Assembly (NCBI GenBank): GCA_963700985.1
Contig: OY969554.1
Coordinates: forward strand, 672,001 to 736,000
Origin: an uncultured Chlamydiales bacterium
Lineage (GTDB): Bacteria; Chlamydiota; Chlamydiia; Chlamydiales; Rhabdochlamydiaceae
Direction: 5' to 3'
DNA: 64,000 nucleotides
Position numbers and translations under genes: made by a program. Of this stretch, positions 9,375 to 19,790 are shown piece after piece; position 1 is the stretch's first letter; each line of letters opens with the position of its first letter. Under the pieces are notes generated by a model. It ran no database searches and was not told the DNA's origin. It saw only the letters and a list, made by a program, of their open reading frames with translations.

Positions 9375-9988
9375 TGCGAACTGATTGCACGCGTTAGTTT
9401 CTTAGGAACTGCTAATGTATTTCCTAATTCAGGATCAGGATCAAACGTAATGCCAGCCCCCTTACAGTAGTTAATCAGCTCTCGATGTTTACCATCGGAA
9501 AGCCTCTTAAAGGCAGCATCAAAAAGAGCCTTTATTAACTGATCTCGCCGCGTTATACCTTCTGTATGTTCACCCGGCTTAAACGCTGAGTTATGTGACA
9601 AAGCAATGATCACTTGCCCGATATCCTTTAATTGAAGGCATCCAAGAAATGCTCGGCTTCGAAATAGTAGGTATGCTCCTTTGGGATCTGACGCCAATTC
9701 CAACGTAATTTTTGAAGACTTTACACCTCTAAAGTTGAAAATCTCAAGCTTCGGAAGATACATTTGGAGGAGGCGAGCTAAAGTTAGTCTCCTCGAAAGA
9801 GGAATTCTCATAGAGAGAAAATTTAAATCTTCATAATTTGCATACACACGATTTTCACGGACGCGATGAAAAATATCAGAAGCCAAAGCAGGATGGTAGT
9901 TTTTCAAAATCCCATCACAGAGGCTCAAATTGACATAAGAGACAATAATTTCACAAATTGCACGATCCTCAAAAAAGATAATCGACAT
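9371..9988 (-). CDS. Hypothetical protein
   Basis: 205-aa ORF filling the gap, no recognised motif. Confidence 0.6.
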   Translation of the reverse strand: MSIIFFEDRAICEIIVSYVNLSLCDGILKNYHPALASDIFHRVRENRVYANYEDLNFLSMRIPLSRRLTLARLLQMYLPKLEIFNFRGVKSSKITLELASDPKGAYLLFRSRAFLGCLQLKDIGQVIIALSHNSAFKPGEHTEGITRRDQLIKALFDAAFKRLSDGKHRELINYCKGAGITFDPDPELGNTLAVPKKLTRAISSH

Positions 9989-10059
9989 TCAATCCTCATA
10001 TTTCGATATTCGCAGTTAGCAAAGGGGGTTCGAGATTCAGATCGTAGTTTATTCTTTAT

Positions 10060-11223
10060 TTAGAACTTAGTATCAGCCCCTCCTTTGTCTACAAAATTTA
10101 ATTGGCTATATCTGTTTATTACAAAATAGAGAAAGGCCAGGTGATCGGCCATCGTTAGGTGTTCTAAGGCAAACTTGCGTGCCTTGCGCGCGATAGCTTT
10201 CGCCTCGGAATCATGCGCCTTGGCCCATTCGATCTTTGCAGGCAAATCCTCCAGATCGTGTTTTACCGGAACAAAGTGCACATAGGGCTTCAGTTTGGCG
10301 TAATACCATTGAATCCAGTCTGAATCGGGCTTAAAAATTAGCGAATTGCTAAAAAATTTCCAAGGCGATGCAGAAAAAGCGCAGGAATTGCTATCGAGCA
10401 AGATGTGGTATTTAAACTCGATCTGTTTCTCAAATCCAAGCCACTCTCCATGTCCATGTTTCAGATGCGAAAAGTGTTCGTAGCCAGGAGCTAAAAATTT
10501 GGCATCTATGAGTTGCGGAAAACGCGCGCTTAAATGAAGCAGCCTCTCTCTGGTAAAAAAACAGATCTGCTCGTCGTTCGACTGAAAGGCATTTCGAGGA
10601 TTTTGCGTGCCGCGCCAAAAGAGTTTTGCACGCTTTTTCTTCCAGGAAGATTTAAATCTTTCGCAATCGAGCCCATTCAATGCTGTGCAGCACTCAGCTA
10701 TTTCAAAATCTGGGATCAGAATGATCTGGTGAAGGTGGCGTCTTTTAGATAAGGCAAATAGAGGAAGCCCTTCATTAAATTCTAACCGATCGTGCAGAGA
10801 GATAAGAAAGGTGACATTGGGCAGTCTAACGGCGCGAGCGAGTTGAAGAAAGGCTTCGAGCAATCTTTCTGTTCTTGCTTCATGTCCGGTAAATTCTTTA
10901 TCAAAAGTTACCTGGTTATTGTGAATATTCACGCGAATCAGCAGCAACTCAAATCCGCGCCTTTCAAAGAAAAGGTTCAGCCTTTGAAGTGAAATGGGAA
11001 TCTCTCGATGAAAGCCAAAATCTCTCTCAATTTGCTCTTCTACCCAGCGGGGAATCCCCTTTTCGATCTTGACCTGAAACTGAAACTCATCAAAACTTAT
11101 TCGAGAAAATCCAATTTCGCATTCTCGCTCATGCACAAACTCTGCCTGACTTGCCAGTGGAGCATAGATCATTAGAAACAGGAGCTTCTTAAGAAAATTC
11201 ATGCTCAATATTTTGGATGCCAA
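10060..11223 (-). CDS. Glycosyltransferase family 90 (CAP10/POGLUT-like), probably exported
   Basis: WKKKRAKLFWRG, FKYHILLDSN, WYYAKLKPYVHFVPVKHDLEDL, IEWAKAHDSEAKAIA; signal-like MNFLKKLLFL..ASQA (likely start 11202). Confidence 0.85.
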   Translation of the reverse strand: MASKILSMNFLKKLLFLMIYAPLASQAEFVHERECEIGFSRISFDEFQFQVKIEKGIPRWVEEQIERDFGFHREIPISLQRLNLFFERRGFELLLIRVNIHNNQVTFDKEFTGHEARTERLLEAFLQLARAVRLPNVTFLISLHDRLEFNEGLPLFALSKRRHLHQIILIPDFEIAECCTALNGLDCERFKSSWKKKRAKLFWRGTQNPRNAFQSNDEQICFFTRERLLHLSARFPQLIDAKFLAPGYEHFSHLKHGHGEWLGFEKQIEFKYHILLDSNSCAFSASPWKFFSNSLIFKPDSDWIQWYYAKLKPYVHFVPVKHDLEDLPAKIEWAKAHDSEAKAIARKARKFALEHLTMADHLAFLYFVINRYSQLNFVDKGGADTKF

Positions 11224-11406
11224 GCCAAATTTTTATCAAACCTTTCTTTTATTTAAACTCACATAAATCTAACTCTATCTATTTGAAAGTTAATGCATTA
11301 CACCTTAGATAAACTAATTAAAAAATATTTGAATGCATGAAGCAACTATAGCTATTTCTAATTATCTTGCCTTTCCTTATAATATTTCCTAATACATGGA
11401 GAAATT

Positions 11407-12864
11407 ATGAATTCAATAGTTATTAACATTAACAGCAAGCCTGCTTATGAATTAGCAAACAACCAGATACGCAAGCTTCCTGGGGATTGGTTAAGATACT
11501 CTATTTTTAACCTTTTAAGTCTCCATGACCTTTCAGCCAGCGCAAAAGTCTGCAAATATTGGAATTCCCGCGCTTCAGATCTTTTGGGTTTGGCCTACGG
11601 CAATCTCTTTTTTCCGAGTGTTGAAATTAGTCCACATGCTCCCCAAAGTTTGATAAATCGCTGTAAAACTCGCCGCGCCTTGATTTGCCAAAATATAGCC
11701 GCTTTGCGTTTCTCTGGAAGTATAAGCGATCTTTTAAGAGATAATGCGGGCAAGCCACTCTATGAGGAAGTTTCTCAAGGCTGCTCTCAATATGGCTCGC
11801 TCTATTTTCAAGTGCCTAGCAAATCAGAGAATCAGCTAATGATTCAAGGTTTTCGCCTATCTAAAAAAAGTGCCGCCAGAAAATTTCTGATAAAAGGTGC
11901 AACTGCGCTACAGCATTCTGTGCGCGAAACACCAGATCAAGAGATCCTCTTCACATTTAGAAACCAAAAAGGCGGCTTAAGTTGGGTAAGAGAAAAAGTT
12001 GAGCGCCAAGCCTCAGTCTTGCATGAGAATCCCGCTGCACATAAGCTGAGCATAAAAAACTCTTTAAGCTACACGGTTGCAGGTGACGCGCTCGTTTATC
12101 AGCAAGATAAACGCGTAATCCACTTAAACCCCAGATCAACACAATTAGTAGCTGAAATACCTCTGCCTTCTGAAAGTGTTGGAGAGAAAACGCCTATTCG
12201 CAGGGTGGTAGCTTCTGAAATTTGCCGACAGAAATTATGTATCCTAATAACAAAACTGCCTCAGAATCTTGGTACTCAAGACAGAGATGAGTTACAAATC
12301 TTCAATTTTTTTACAAAGAAAATTGAGCATTCTATCGACTTAGATGTATCTATTGATAACGAGAGACCTAAGCTTTACACCACTCCTAATTATGCATTAA
12401 TCTACTACCCTAGATGCTTTGAGATCTATTATGTAGATCTTAAAATACAAGAACACTTTTTGCTTCGAACACGCCGAGCTGTCGAGCTAACACCGCTTCA
12501 AATTCAGCGTTTAACACCTCCTATACCCTTAAGCACTCAAGCTCCAGAAGGCCAGCCATCTGATCAGTTTTTGCACGTGACCAATTTTTTTGATCTGATT
12601 GCGATAACGATGCTGGGTAACACTAATATCTACGATCTTGACGCAGGGTTACATCTCGCCACACTACAGCATGCCTTTGACGAGTTCTATTATGTCGCCT
12701 GGCATGACGGGAAATTTATAGCCGCCGGCAATCGCCAACGAAGGAGAGTTCAGGAGATGGAAGTTTTTGACTTCGGCGCAGCGGATGCTCAAACAACTCC
12801 CCTATCCTGCACTACCCGTTTCAAGCGGGCATTTTATAGTTGTATAGCCCCTAATCATAGATAA
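11407..12864 (+). CDS. F-box domain protein, candidate secreted effector
   Basis: IRKLPGDWLRYSIFNLLSLHDLSASAKVCKYWN matches the F-box consensus; beta-rich C-terminal region. Confidence 0.8.
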   Translation: MNSIVININSKPAYELANNQIRKLPGDWLRYSIFNLLSLHDLSASAKVCKYWNSRASDLLGLAYGNLFFPSVEISPHAPQSLINRCKTRRALICQNIAALRFSGSISDLLRDNAGKPLYEEVSQGCSQYGSLYFQVPSKSENQLMIQGFRLSKKSAARKFLIKGATALQHSVRETPDQEILFTFRNQKGGLSWVREKVERQASVLHENPAAHKLSIKNSLSYTVAGDALVYQQDKRVIHLNPRSTQLVAEIPLPSESVGEKTPIRRVVASEICRQKLCILITKLPQNLGTQDRDELQIFNFFTKKIEHSIDLDVSIDNERPKLYTTPNYALIYYPRCFEIYYVDLKIQEHFLLRTRRAVELTPLQIQRLTPPIPLSTQAPEGQPSDQFLHVTNFFDLIAITMLGNTNIYDLDAGLHLATLQHAFDEFYYVAWHDGKFIAAGNRQRRRVQEMEVFDFGAADAQTTPLSCTTRFKRAFYSCIAPNHR

Positions 12865-12962
12865 TTTAATACACGCTAAGAAAACCCGTGTAAATATTTT
12901 TTGCCATATTCCCTCTCTTTCCGTAGGATCACAATTTTAGACCCTAACAGATTGAGATCAAA

Positions 12963-14417
12963 ATGCTCGCATATCGGCTCTCCTATCGCGCCTTGGTCAT
13001 TAGCCTGCTTTTAGTTTTCGGGCTAACTTCATGTAGTTCACCGCGCCATCGATTGCCCCAAACACCAGCCGATGTAGAAAAATATCTGCACCAAGCTGAA
13101 GAGCGAGCCAGCAAGAGCATCGATAAGATCGCCTCAATTCCTTTTGATAAAACGACATTTGATAACACCCTCAGAGAATGGAATCGTTTTGGCAATGATC
13201 TAATGGAAAATTTTGTGATTCTTACGTTTTTGACAGAAACCAATCTTCCTTCCAATGAAGCTGCCAGTCAAGCTATAGCAACCTTCCAAGCATTCCTAAT
13301 TCAAAAACTCGAACAAAATCAGCGCGTCTTTGAGTCTCTTTTCGCATACGTGCATCAGCTATTAGCAGAGGGAACGCCCGATCCTTATGAGAATTACCTC
13401 ATTTATGCCCTGATTCTCAGCACAAATAAAATCAAAGAGAAATTTCCTGCGGAGTACCAGGAAGTTTTTGCCTATTTAAAAACGCTCAGCGAGAAAAATG
13501 CAAAGCAGCCCTATCGCCTGCTTAAAGGAGATGCGCCTGCATTAGCCAATGACTCAAAGACGTTTACCATCTTAAGTCTCAACACCTGTTTTCTTCCTGG
13601 TGATCAAGCTTATCTTTATGGAGGAATGAAACACTGGCAAAAGCGCCTTTCACCTCTGGTAAAAAAAATCCATGCTAGTAAACCAGATATTATCTGCCTG
13701 CAAGAAGTGTTTGCGGAAGATGCCTCGGATGCGCTTTATAACGCGCTTAAAGATTCATATGCCTTCTTCTACACATCTATAGGCCCTCGCCCACCAGGCG
13801 TTGCATTTGAGACCTTAGGCTTGCCAAGCGGCCTATTTGTCGCTAGCAAATATGCTCTTGAAAATCCCCGTTTTAAACTGGCGGCCGACAGCGCATATCC
13901 GATTAACTATGGAAGTTTCGATTTCATCATAAATAATGGCACAACTTCAATTGGACATGTGTACACTGCGCATCTGCAACCGCATAACAATCAGCAAATC
14001 CGTGGCATTCAACTTCAAGAAATTGTAGACGAGATGCAGGCTGACGCAGCCAAAAATGAAAATATGCCCTATATCCTCTGTGGAGACTTGAATAGCCCAT
14101 TTGGTTCACAAGAACCCGCCCAAGCTCTCATCCACAAATATTTCTACAGCGCATATAACCAAGCGGGTCAAGAGGTGAATGAAGCGAATCACACCAGCAC
14201 CGACTATTTCACAAATCACTTCCTTGTCAAAGAAAATGCTAGAACTACGGAGGAACCGAACTTCCAAATTATCGATTACTCCCTACTGCTTAACACGCTA
14301 AGCTCAAAGAAATATGAAGTTGAAGCCGTGCTTGTTCCTATGAATGATCTGAAGGAACCAGGTGGCGCAATTAGCGACCATCACGGCTTATTCACCACCG
14401 TAGAACTTGCACAATAA
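12963..14417 (+). CDS. Lipoprotein with helical N-domain and EEP (sphingomyelinase-like) phosphodiesterase domain
   Basis: Lipobox LTSC; LSLNT, DIICLQEVF, SGLFVASKY, TAHLQ, CGDLN, IDY, SDH. Confidence 0.85.
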   Translation: MLAYRLSYRALVISLLLVFGLTSCSSPRHRLPQTPADVEKYLHQAEERASKSIDKIASIPFDKTTFDNTLREWNRFGNDLMENFVILTFLTETNLPSNEAASQAIATFQAFLIQKLEQNQRVFESLFAYVHQLLAEGTPDPYENYLIYALILSTNKIKEKFPAEYQEVFAYLKTLSEKNAKQPYRLLKGDAPALANDSKTFTILSLNTCFLPGDQAYLYGGMKHWQKRLSPLVKKIHASKPDIICLQEVFAEDASDALYNALKDSYAFFYTSIGPRPPGVAFETLGLPSGLFVASKYALENPRFKLAADSAYPINYGSFDFIINNGTTSIGHVYTAHLQPHNNQQIRGIQLQEIVDEMQADAAKNENMPYILCGDLNSPFGSQEPAQALIHKYFYSAYNQAGQEVNEANHTSTDYFTNHFLVKENARTTEEPNFQIIDYSLLLNTLSSKKYEVEAVLVPMNDLKEPGGAISDHHGLFTTVELAQ

Positions 14418-14557
14418 GCCATATTTCGCTAAACATAAGATACTTATGCGCAATTCAAGCAAATTCAAAATGCCGTTTTAAATTTGCATGAATCGTTTTC
14501 ATCTCTTTGATACTCTTAATCTTATAAGATAAGATATTTTCATACCTCATTCCTTAG

Positions 14558-14773
14558 ACGCCAATTCTGATTGTTGAGCGTGAAAATGGTATTGACGCCT
14601 ATGAAATCAAATGGGCAAAAACACTCACGCGCGATATGGCAGGACCCATCTCCTCTTTTCAAAAAGATCATGCTTTGAGGTCAGCTAGCGTCTTATCTCT
14701 CCAAGAAGAGACTATCCCATTGACTCCAGGAATCATGGGCAAACATTGGTCTAAAATTCTTGAAATCACTTAG
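14558..14773 (+). pseudogene. C-terminal remnant resembling the PD-(D/E)XK tail of AAA+/DUF4143 ATP-binding proteins
   Basis: Start-less frame reads TPILIVERENGIDAYEIKWAKTLTRDM...KHWSKILEIT*, preceded by an in-frame TAG. Confidence 0.5.
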
Positions 14774-14975
14774 CCTGTAGATACATTCTTAAAGGCGATT
14801 ACTGGTGCGTGGCCTTTAGACTTAAGCACAAACAGCTGTATTGTGGCGGCATACCATTTTTTTATATCTTAAAGACAGATTTGTCAAATCCATATTTTTA
14901 AAGAATTAGACAAAAAAAAGTCTTTTAGTTAGACCAAGTAGTTACGCATAAAAATTATTTTAAATTGCGCTACCA

Positions 14976-16847
14976 ATGTCTGGATCATCGACGCCACACT
15001 TCTCCTCGGATCCCTTCGATCTCGCAGGAGGTCAACCCTGGCTAGAGCCTGCGCATTTTAGTAAATCTTTAAGCTCAGCTTTAAATCATCCCAAAAATGC
15101 TGCTCGTGCATCCGAACTCTTTACCTATTCGGAAGAGCCCGATTTTCACGATCCCTTTTCTGAGCTCAACCTCTTTCTCGCGCAAAAAATAAGACAAGCC
15201 ATGCCAAGTTGCGGCGAGAGCAAAAAATGGTCTCACAAAATCCAAGAGACGCTACTGAAAAAGATCTCACCTGAATTCCAAAAACGCTTTCCTCACTACC
15301 GCTTAGGCGTAAGCGCTATTAAGAAAATCTGGGAAAAAATCACTTATTACTCTCAGCAGTTTCAAGAGCAAAAAGAGGCTATCCATCATGACGGCAAGCT
15401 GAATATCACATTCTTTATCAGAGAGAATTTAAAACAGTACGCCTCTATGAGACAACCCGCACACGTGCATCCATATCACTGGGCGAACAAACTCGCTATT
15501 AAAATGAGTGAATGCATCGCCACTTTAGAAGGTGTTCGCCCGAGAATCGACGAGCTGACTAAACAGGTCTGGGCAGCCCAAAGACATCTCATTTGCAAAG
15601 CTAAGCCCGAAGAGATTAAAAGTCCTTATGATGAGTATGACAGAATTGATAAGCTGATTGTAAAAACGGTGCTGGAAATCCGCGCCAAAGAGCCGCAGAT
15701 TGCTCAGCCTGAACTTGCGCATCTTGTTAAAGAAGCCCTGCATGCACTGCACGAGCTACCTGCGTTTTCTTCAGTAGATGCGATGACTGCTACGATTTCG
15801 AGCCTCTTAGCCGAAAAATTATACGCGACATCTGCCTTTCACACCTGCTTTCTAGCTCCACAAAAGGTGGCGATTACGCAGTTCATTCGCAGGCAGATTG
15901 CGCTTTGCCGAGCAGCCTATCCCTCACAACAGCATACTGAGCTCGTACGCCGCATCCTTGCCCTTTATGCTCTGGCAAGCCAAGTGTTAAAAGATCTTTC
16001 TGCCCAGCAAATTCATGCAGCCATAGAAGCTACCTATCCGTTTGAACAGAGTAAGCGTCCTGAGCTGCCTCAAGCTGTCTATGCTTTTATAGCTGCAGAA
16101 AGCGTTCTTATGAAAACAGATGCGTACTGCCACTGCCCCGCTTTTGTCTGTGAAACAATTGCAAGCGCCTATCAAGAAGCAGTTCAGCTTCCCTGCCTAA
16201 ACGGCAAAGAGAGTGAGCTTCTCGAAGTGGTTATCTGGAAAATCCTAGGTGAAACGGAGGCTACTCTTGAAAAACTGCCCTTTCGCATTGGGCAGCGCAT
16301 CGAAGAAGAGATCGCCAACATTCTAATTGATAATCCTAAGCAAGCCTTCAGCGCAATTGTATATGCCACAGTACATTTCTTCAAAAATACTAAAGAGCTC
16401 TCGCTGATCAAGAAATGGGAAGCACTCGAAAAAAAGATCCAAATTTGGACACACCAAGGCGATATGGCTCTGCACTGGATCCAGCTCGACTCAAACACGC
16501 CTCTGTTTAAATTAATCTGTGAAAAAGGCCAAAGTCATTCTCCAGAAGTGCTCGTAAGCGAGGTAGCACAAATCTATTTGAACACGCATCCAGAGCTGGC
16601 TGCTTATCTTCCACAACTCATCATCAAAATCTGGATTTTATATAAGTATGCCTTCTACACGCATTTTGCATCTTCAGATGGCTGCTCTTATGACACCTTT
16701 CTCAAATGGCACTATACCTATCTAGCTATCTCACCTTTTAGCCAGGATGCAAAGCTAGATCGACTGCAGGAACTTTCGCATAAACTTGCACCGCTCTTTC
16801 CCTTCGATAGAACGCATGCGCAAAGACTACTTGGTTCTGCGAATTAA
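14976..16847 (+). CDS. Large helical hypothetical protein, probably Chlamydiae-conserved
   Basis: 623-aa ORF, no catalytic motif recognised. Confidence 0.75.
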   Translation: MSGSSTPHFSSDPFDLAGGQPWLEPAHFSKSLSSALNHPKNAARASELFTYSEEPDFHDPFSELNLFLAQKIRQAMPSCGESKKWSHKIQETLLKKISPEFQKRFPHYRLGVSAIKKIWEKITYYSQQFQEQKEAIHHDGKLNITFFIRENLKQYASMRQPAHVHPYHWANKLAIKMSECIATLEGVRPRIDELTKQVWAAQRHLICKAKPEEIKSPYDEYDRIDKLIVKTVLEIRAKEPQIAQPELAHLVKEALHALHELPAFSSVDAMTATISSLLAEKLYATSAFHTCFLAPQKVAITQFIRRQIALCRAAYPSQQHTELVRRILALYALASQVLKDLSAQQIHAAIEATYPFEQSKRPELPQAVYAFIAAESVLMKTDAYCHCPAFVCETIASAYQEAVQLPCLNGKESELLEVVIWKILGETEATLEKLPFRIGQRIEEEIANILIDNPKQAFSAIVYATVHFFKNTKELSLIKKWEALEKKIQIWTHQGDMALHWIQLDSNTPLFKLICEKGQSHSPEVLVSEVAQIYLNTHPELAAYLPQLIIKIWILYKYAFYTHFASSDGCSYDTFLKWHYTYLAISPFSQDAKLDRLQELSHKLAPLFPFDRTHAQRLLGSAN

Positions 16848-17654
16848 AAGATAAATTCCCCAGAAGACAAAGGGAATGCTGAGAAGCTGACCCATCACCA
16901 GAAAAGAGCTTTGTGGAAGAATCAAGCTCTGCTCTTCTTTCAAAAACTCGATAAAGAAGCGGAACGTAAAGATGAGCACTAAAAAGAGGCCAGAGATTCT
17001 ACCTGGTTTGCGCCAGCTGGGCCATTTGCGCCAGATTGAGAAAATCAGCACAAATACGCATAGATAATAAAAAGATTCATAGAGCTGCACAGGATGACGT
17101 GGTGCTGGAAAGCTTCCGTCGGCCGGATGACCGAAGATCACCGCCCACGGTAAATTTGTGACCTTTCCTAAAATCTCCTGATTGAAAAAATTACCCACTC
17201 GAATAAAGCTGGCCACCAGCGCAGTGGGGATCACCACCAAATCTAGCAGAGCAAGCCAAGAAAGGGTCGGCAGCCCCTTTTTAGGACGTTTCGAGAGAAT
17301 AAATAGAGCGATTAAAATCCCAAGTGCACCGCCATGGCTAGCCAGCCCGCCTTCCCAAACTTTAAATGCGGAGAGCGGATCATAGCGATAGACCGACAAA
17401 TCTTGATAGAAAAGCAGGTCGCCCAAGCGGGCTCCAATCACCGTGCCAAATACCACAAAGATGGTGATGCGGTCTGCGAGTGTTTTTGCTTTGGTTGAAT
17501 CAGAAAATAATTTTTTAAGTAGATAGAGAAGAATCCAGTAACCAACAAAAAAACCTAAGGCAAAAAAGAAGCCATACCAGAGAATAGGTCTTCCTAGAAA
17601 TGGAAGGGAAAAGTCAAACATCGCTCTGGAAGGATCCCAGTATATATAGCCCAT
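16827..17654 (-). CDS. lgt: Prolipoprotein diacylglyceryl transferase
   Basis: WYG, GARLG, WEGGLASHGG, RVGNFFNQE, RHPVQLYES, RFFIEF. Confidence 0.96.
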   Translation of the reverse strand: MGYIYWDPSRAMFDFSLPFLGRPILWYGFFFALGFFVGYWILLYLLKKLFSDSTKAKTLADRITIFVVFGTVIGARLGDLLFYQDLSVYRYDPLSAFKVWEGGLASHGGALGILIALFILSKRPKKGLPTLSWLALLDLVVIPTALVASFIRVGNFFNQEILGKVTNLPWAVIFGHPADGSFPAPRHPVQLYESFYYLCVFVLIFSIWRKWPSWRKPGRISGLFLVLIFTFRFFIEFLKEEQSLILPQSSFLVMGQLLSIPFVFWGIYLLIRRTK

Positions 17655-17681
17655 AGAAATATTCTCCGTAGGAACACATTA

Positions 17682-18107
17682 ATGTATCGCATCAAAATTT
17701 TCACCATCGGAAAAACAAAAGAAAGCTGGCTTGAAGAAGCTCTTAAAGAATACACCCTGCGTTTAAAAAACACGCTTGGCATTGAATGGGTATTAGCCAA
17801 AGATTTAGAAAGCCTGGAGCGCCTGCTCGAAAAAGAGAACAGTTTGATCTGCCTAGATCCCCAAGGCGAACTTCTGAGCAGCGAAGCCTTTTCTAAATGG
17901 TTTATTCACTGCTTATCAGAAAATAAAAGCCGCCTAACTCTCGTGATAGGTGGCGCAGAAGGAATCCCTGCGCATATTAACTCAAGAGCCAAGGCCAAGA
18001 TCAGCCTCTCCCCTCTCACTTTCACGCATCAGCTAGCTAGGCTTATTCTTTTAGAACAGATCTACCGCGCCTTTGAAATCGACCGCGGCAGTCCCTACCA
18101 TCGCTAA
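17682..18107 (+). CDS. rlmH: 23S rRNA pseudouridine-1915 N3-methyltransferase
   Basis: IGGAEG, SLSPLTFTHQLARLILLEQIYRA, PYHR. Confidence 0.95.
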   Translation: MYRIKIFTIGKTKESWLEEALKEYTLRLKNTLGIEWVLAKDLESLERLLEKENSLICLDPQGELLSSEAFSKWFIHCLSENKSRLTLVIGGAEGIPAHINSRAKAKISLSPLTFTHQLARLILLEQIYRAFEIDRGSPYHR

Positions 18108-18118
18108 AGTCAAAAAAT

Positions 18119-18604
18119 TCAGGCATTCTTTTTAGCGAGAAGAGCGAATCTAAAGTAGATCATTGCACCATTGATCAATGCAGAACCAATTGCTACATCG
18201 ATCAGCCCATGGATATCCACTGGCAGTTTTAGCAAACGAATCAAGATACCAAGCCCCATCATCGAGCCGATAATCGCAATATAGCCCCATGAATAGATCT
18301 GGTTGATTTTAAGTGGAAGCGGCAGCGAGTAGATGCGTGTAACCACTCTTTTCACAGATTTAATCAGCACCAATCTGCCTTTAAGTAATCCAATTACGAG
18401 CGCTACTGTGATGAGTGAAAGAGCAGCACGCTCTGTTCCACCCAACATGGATGAGAAGTAGGGCACGAGAGTGGAGTTTACGCCGAAATGTTCAGCATGC
18501 ACTGCTAACATAACCAGATTGAGACCTTTGATTAATAGAAACAGGCCGATGATCAGCCATAAAACACCAGACATAACAACAGCAATTGCAGGAGTAAAGT
18601 TCAT
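18119..18604 (-). CDS. Membrane protein with 4 predicted TM segments
   Basis: Hydrophobic segments; IDVAIGSAL motif. Confidence 0.75.
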   Translation of the reverse strand: MNFTPAIAVVMSGVLWLIIGLFLLIKGLNLVMLAVHAEHFGVNSTLVPYFSSMLGGTERAALSLITVALVIGLLKGRLVLIKSVKRVVTRIYSLPLPLKINQIYSWGYIAIIGSMMGLGILIRLLKLPVDIHGLIDVAIGSALINGAMIYFRFALLAKKNA

Positions 18605-18719
18605 ATTGATCTATCCTTGGATGTATCCTTTCGACAAAAAAGATTTTTGTATCTAGAATCAGCATATCTTAGCCTAGATTTGTAATACAATATTAACCAG
18701 GTTTCTAAAGGACAAAAAA

Positions 18720-19790
18720 ATGAATATTTCTCTCGCCTTTATGCGGATCCTTTTTATGATCCTCAGTATTTTTTTCATGACCACCTTTATGCTCTCATCC
18801 GCGGTTGGAACTCCCACAATAAATGCACTTATAGGTGTGTCGATCGGCATTTTATTCGGCTTTGCCCTCATCGGATTTGATAATCTTTTTAGACGCTTTA
18901 ATCTACGCGCTTTCAATGTGGCCATCATTGGAATCTTCATCGGCTATCTCATGGGCCAAGCGCTTGTGCTTATTTTTGATGCGGTGCTCGACATCAGTTC
19001 AATCTCAATCGCCATGCAGCCGCAGACACTTGAAATTATTAAGATTGCGCTTTTTCTCTTCGGCACATATCTCGGTGCCATCATGACCCTGCGCGCATCT
19101 GATGAACTTTATGTCAGCATCCCGTTTGTAAAATTCGCACCCACTGTGCAGAAGAAAAAAGATCTCTTAATCGACCAGTCGATCCTTTTAGATGCACGAG
19201 TTATTGATGTCTGTGCAACTGGCATCTTCGATCATCAATTGGTTTTCCCGCGCTTCATCATTAAAGAACTCTATGCGCAATCGGAAACTGGCGATGAGAT
19301 TACCAAAGTTAAAGCCAGGCGCGCGCTGGATGTGCTCAAAAAACTCGAAGGCATCCCGACACTTGAAATGCGCTACAACGACACAGATTTCCCAGAAGTA
19401 AAAGAGCTCTCAGGAAAACTTGTACGCTTAGCCCGCCTTCTCGACGCGAATATTCTTTCCGCAGATCCAACCCGTATCCAAGTCGGCACTCTCGATGGCG
19501 TGCGCGTGATTAACCTACACACGCTTTCTAATGCCTTAAAACCCTTGATGCAAGCTGGCGAGTTTATCAAAATTAAGATTCAACGCTATGGCAAAGAACC
19601 ACAACAAGGTGTCGGCTATCTCGAAGATGGCACCATGGTAGTGGTAAATGGCGGCGGAAAATATCTAGGTGAGATTATCGAAGCGCGTGTCCTTTCCGTC
19701 AAACATACTACGGCCGGCAGGATGATCTTCTGTAATGCCATGGATCTAGAAGGCGGGCTTGAATATGAAGGAGAACCTGAAGATGAGTAA
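18720..19790 (+). CDS. YacL-like membrane PIN/TRAM domain protein
   Basis: Four TM segments, PIN-like LIDQSILLDARV, TRAM GKEPQQGVGYLEDGTMVVV and AGRMIF. Confidence 0.9.
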   Translation: MNISLAFMRILFMILSIFFMTTFMLSSAVGTPTINALIGVSIGILFGFALIGFDNLFRRFNLRAFNVAIIGIFIGYLMGQALVLIFDAVLDISSISIAMQPQTLEIIKIALFLFGTYLGAIMTLRASDELYVSIPFVKFAPTVQKKKDLLIDQSILLDARVIDVCATGIFDHQLVFPRFIIKELYAQSETGDEITKVKARRALDVLKKLEGIPTLEMRYNDTDFPEVKELSGKLVRLARLLDANILSADPTRIQVGTLDGVRVINLHTLSNALKPLMQAGEFIKIKIQRYGKEPQQGVGYLEDGTMVVVNGGGKYLGEIIEARVLSVKHTTAGRMIFCNAMDLEGGLEYEGEPEDE

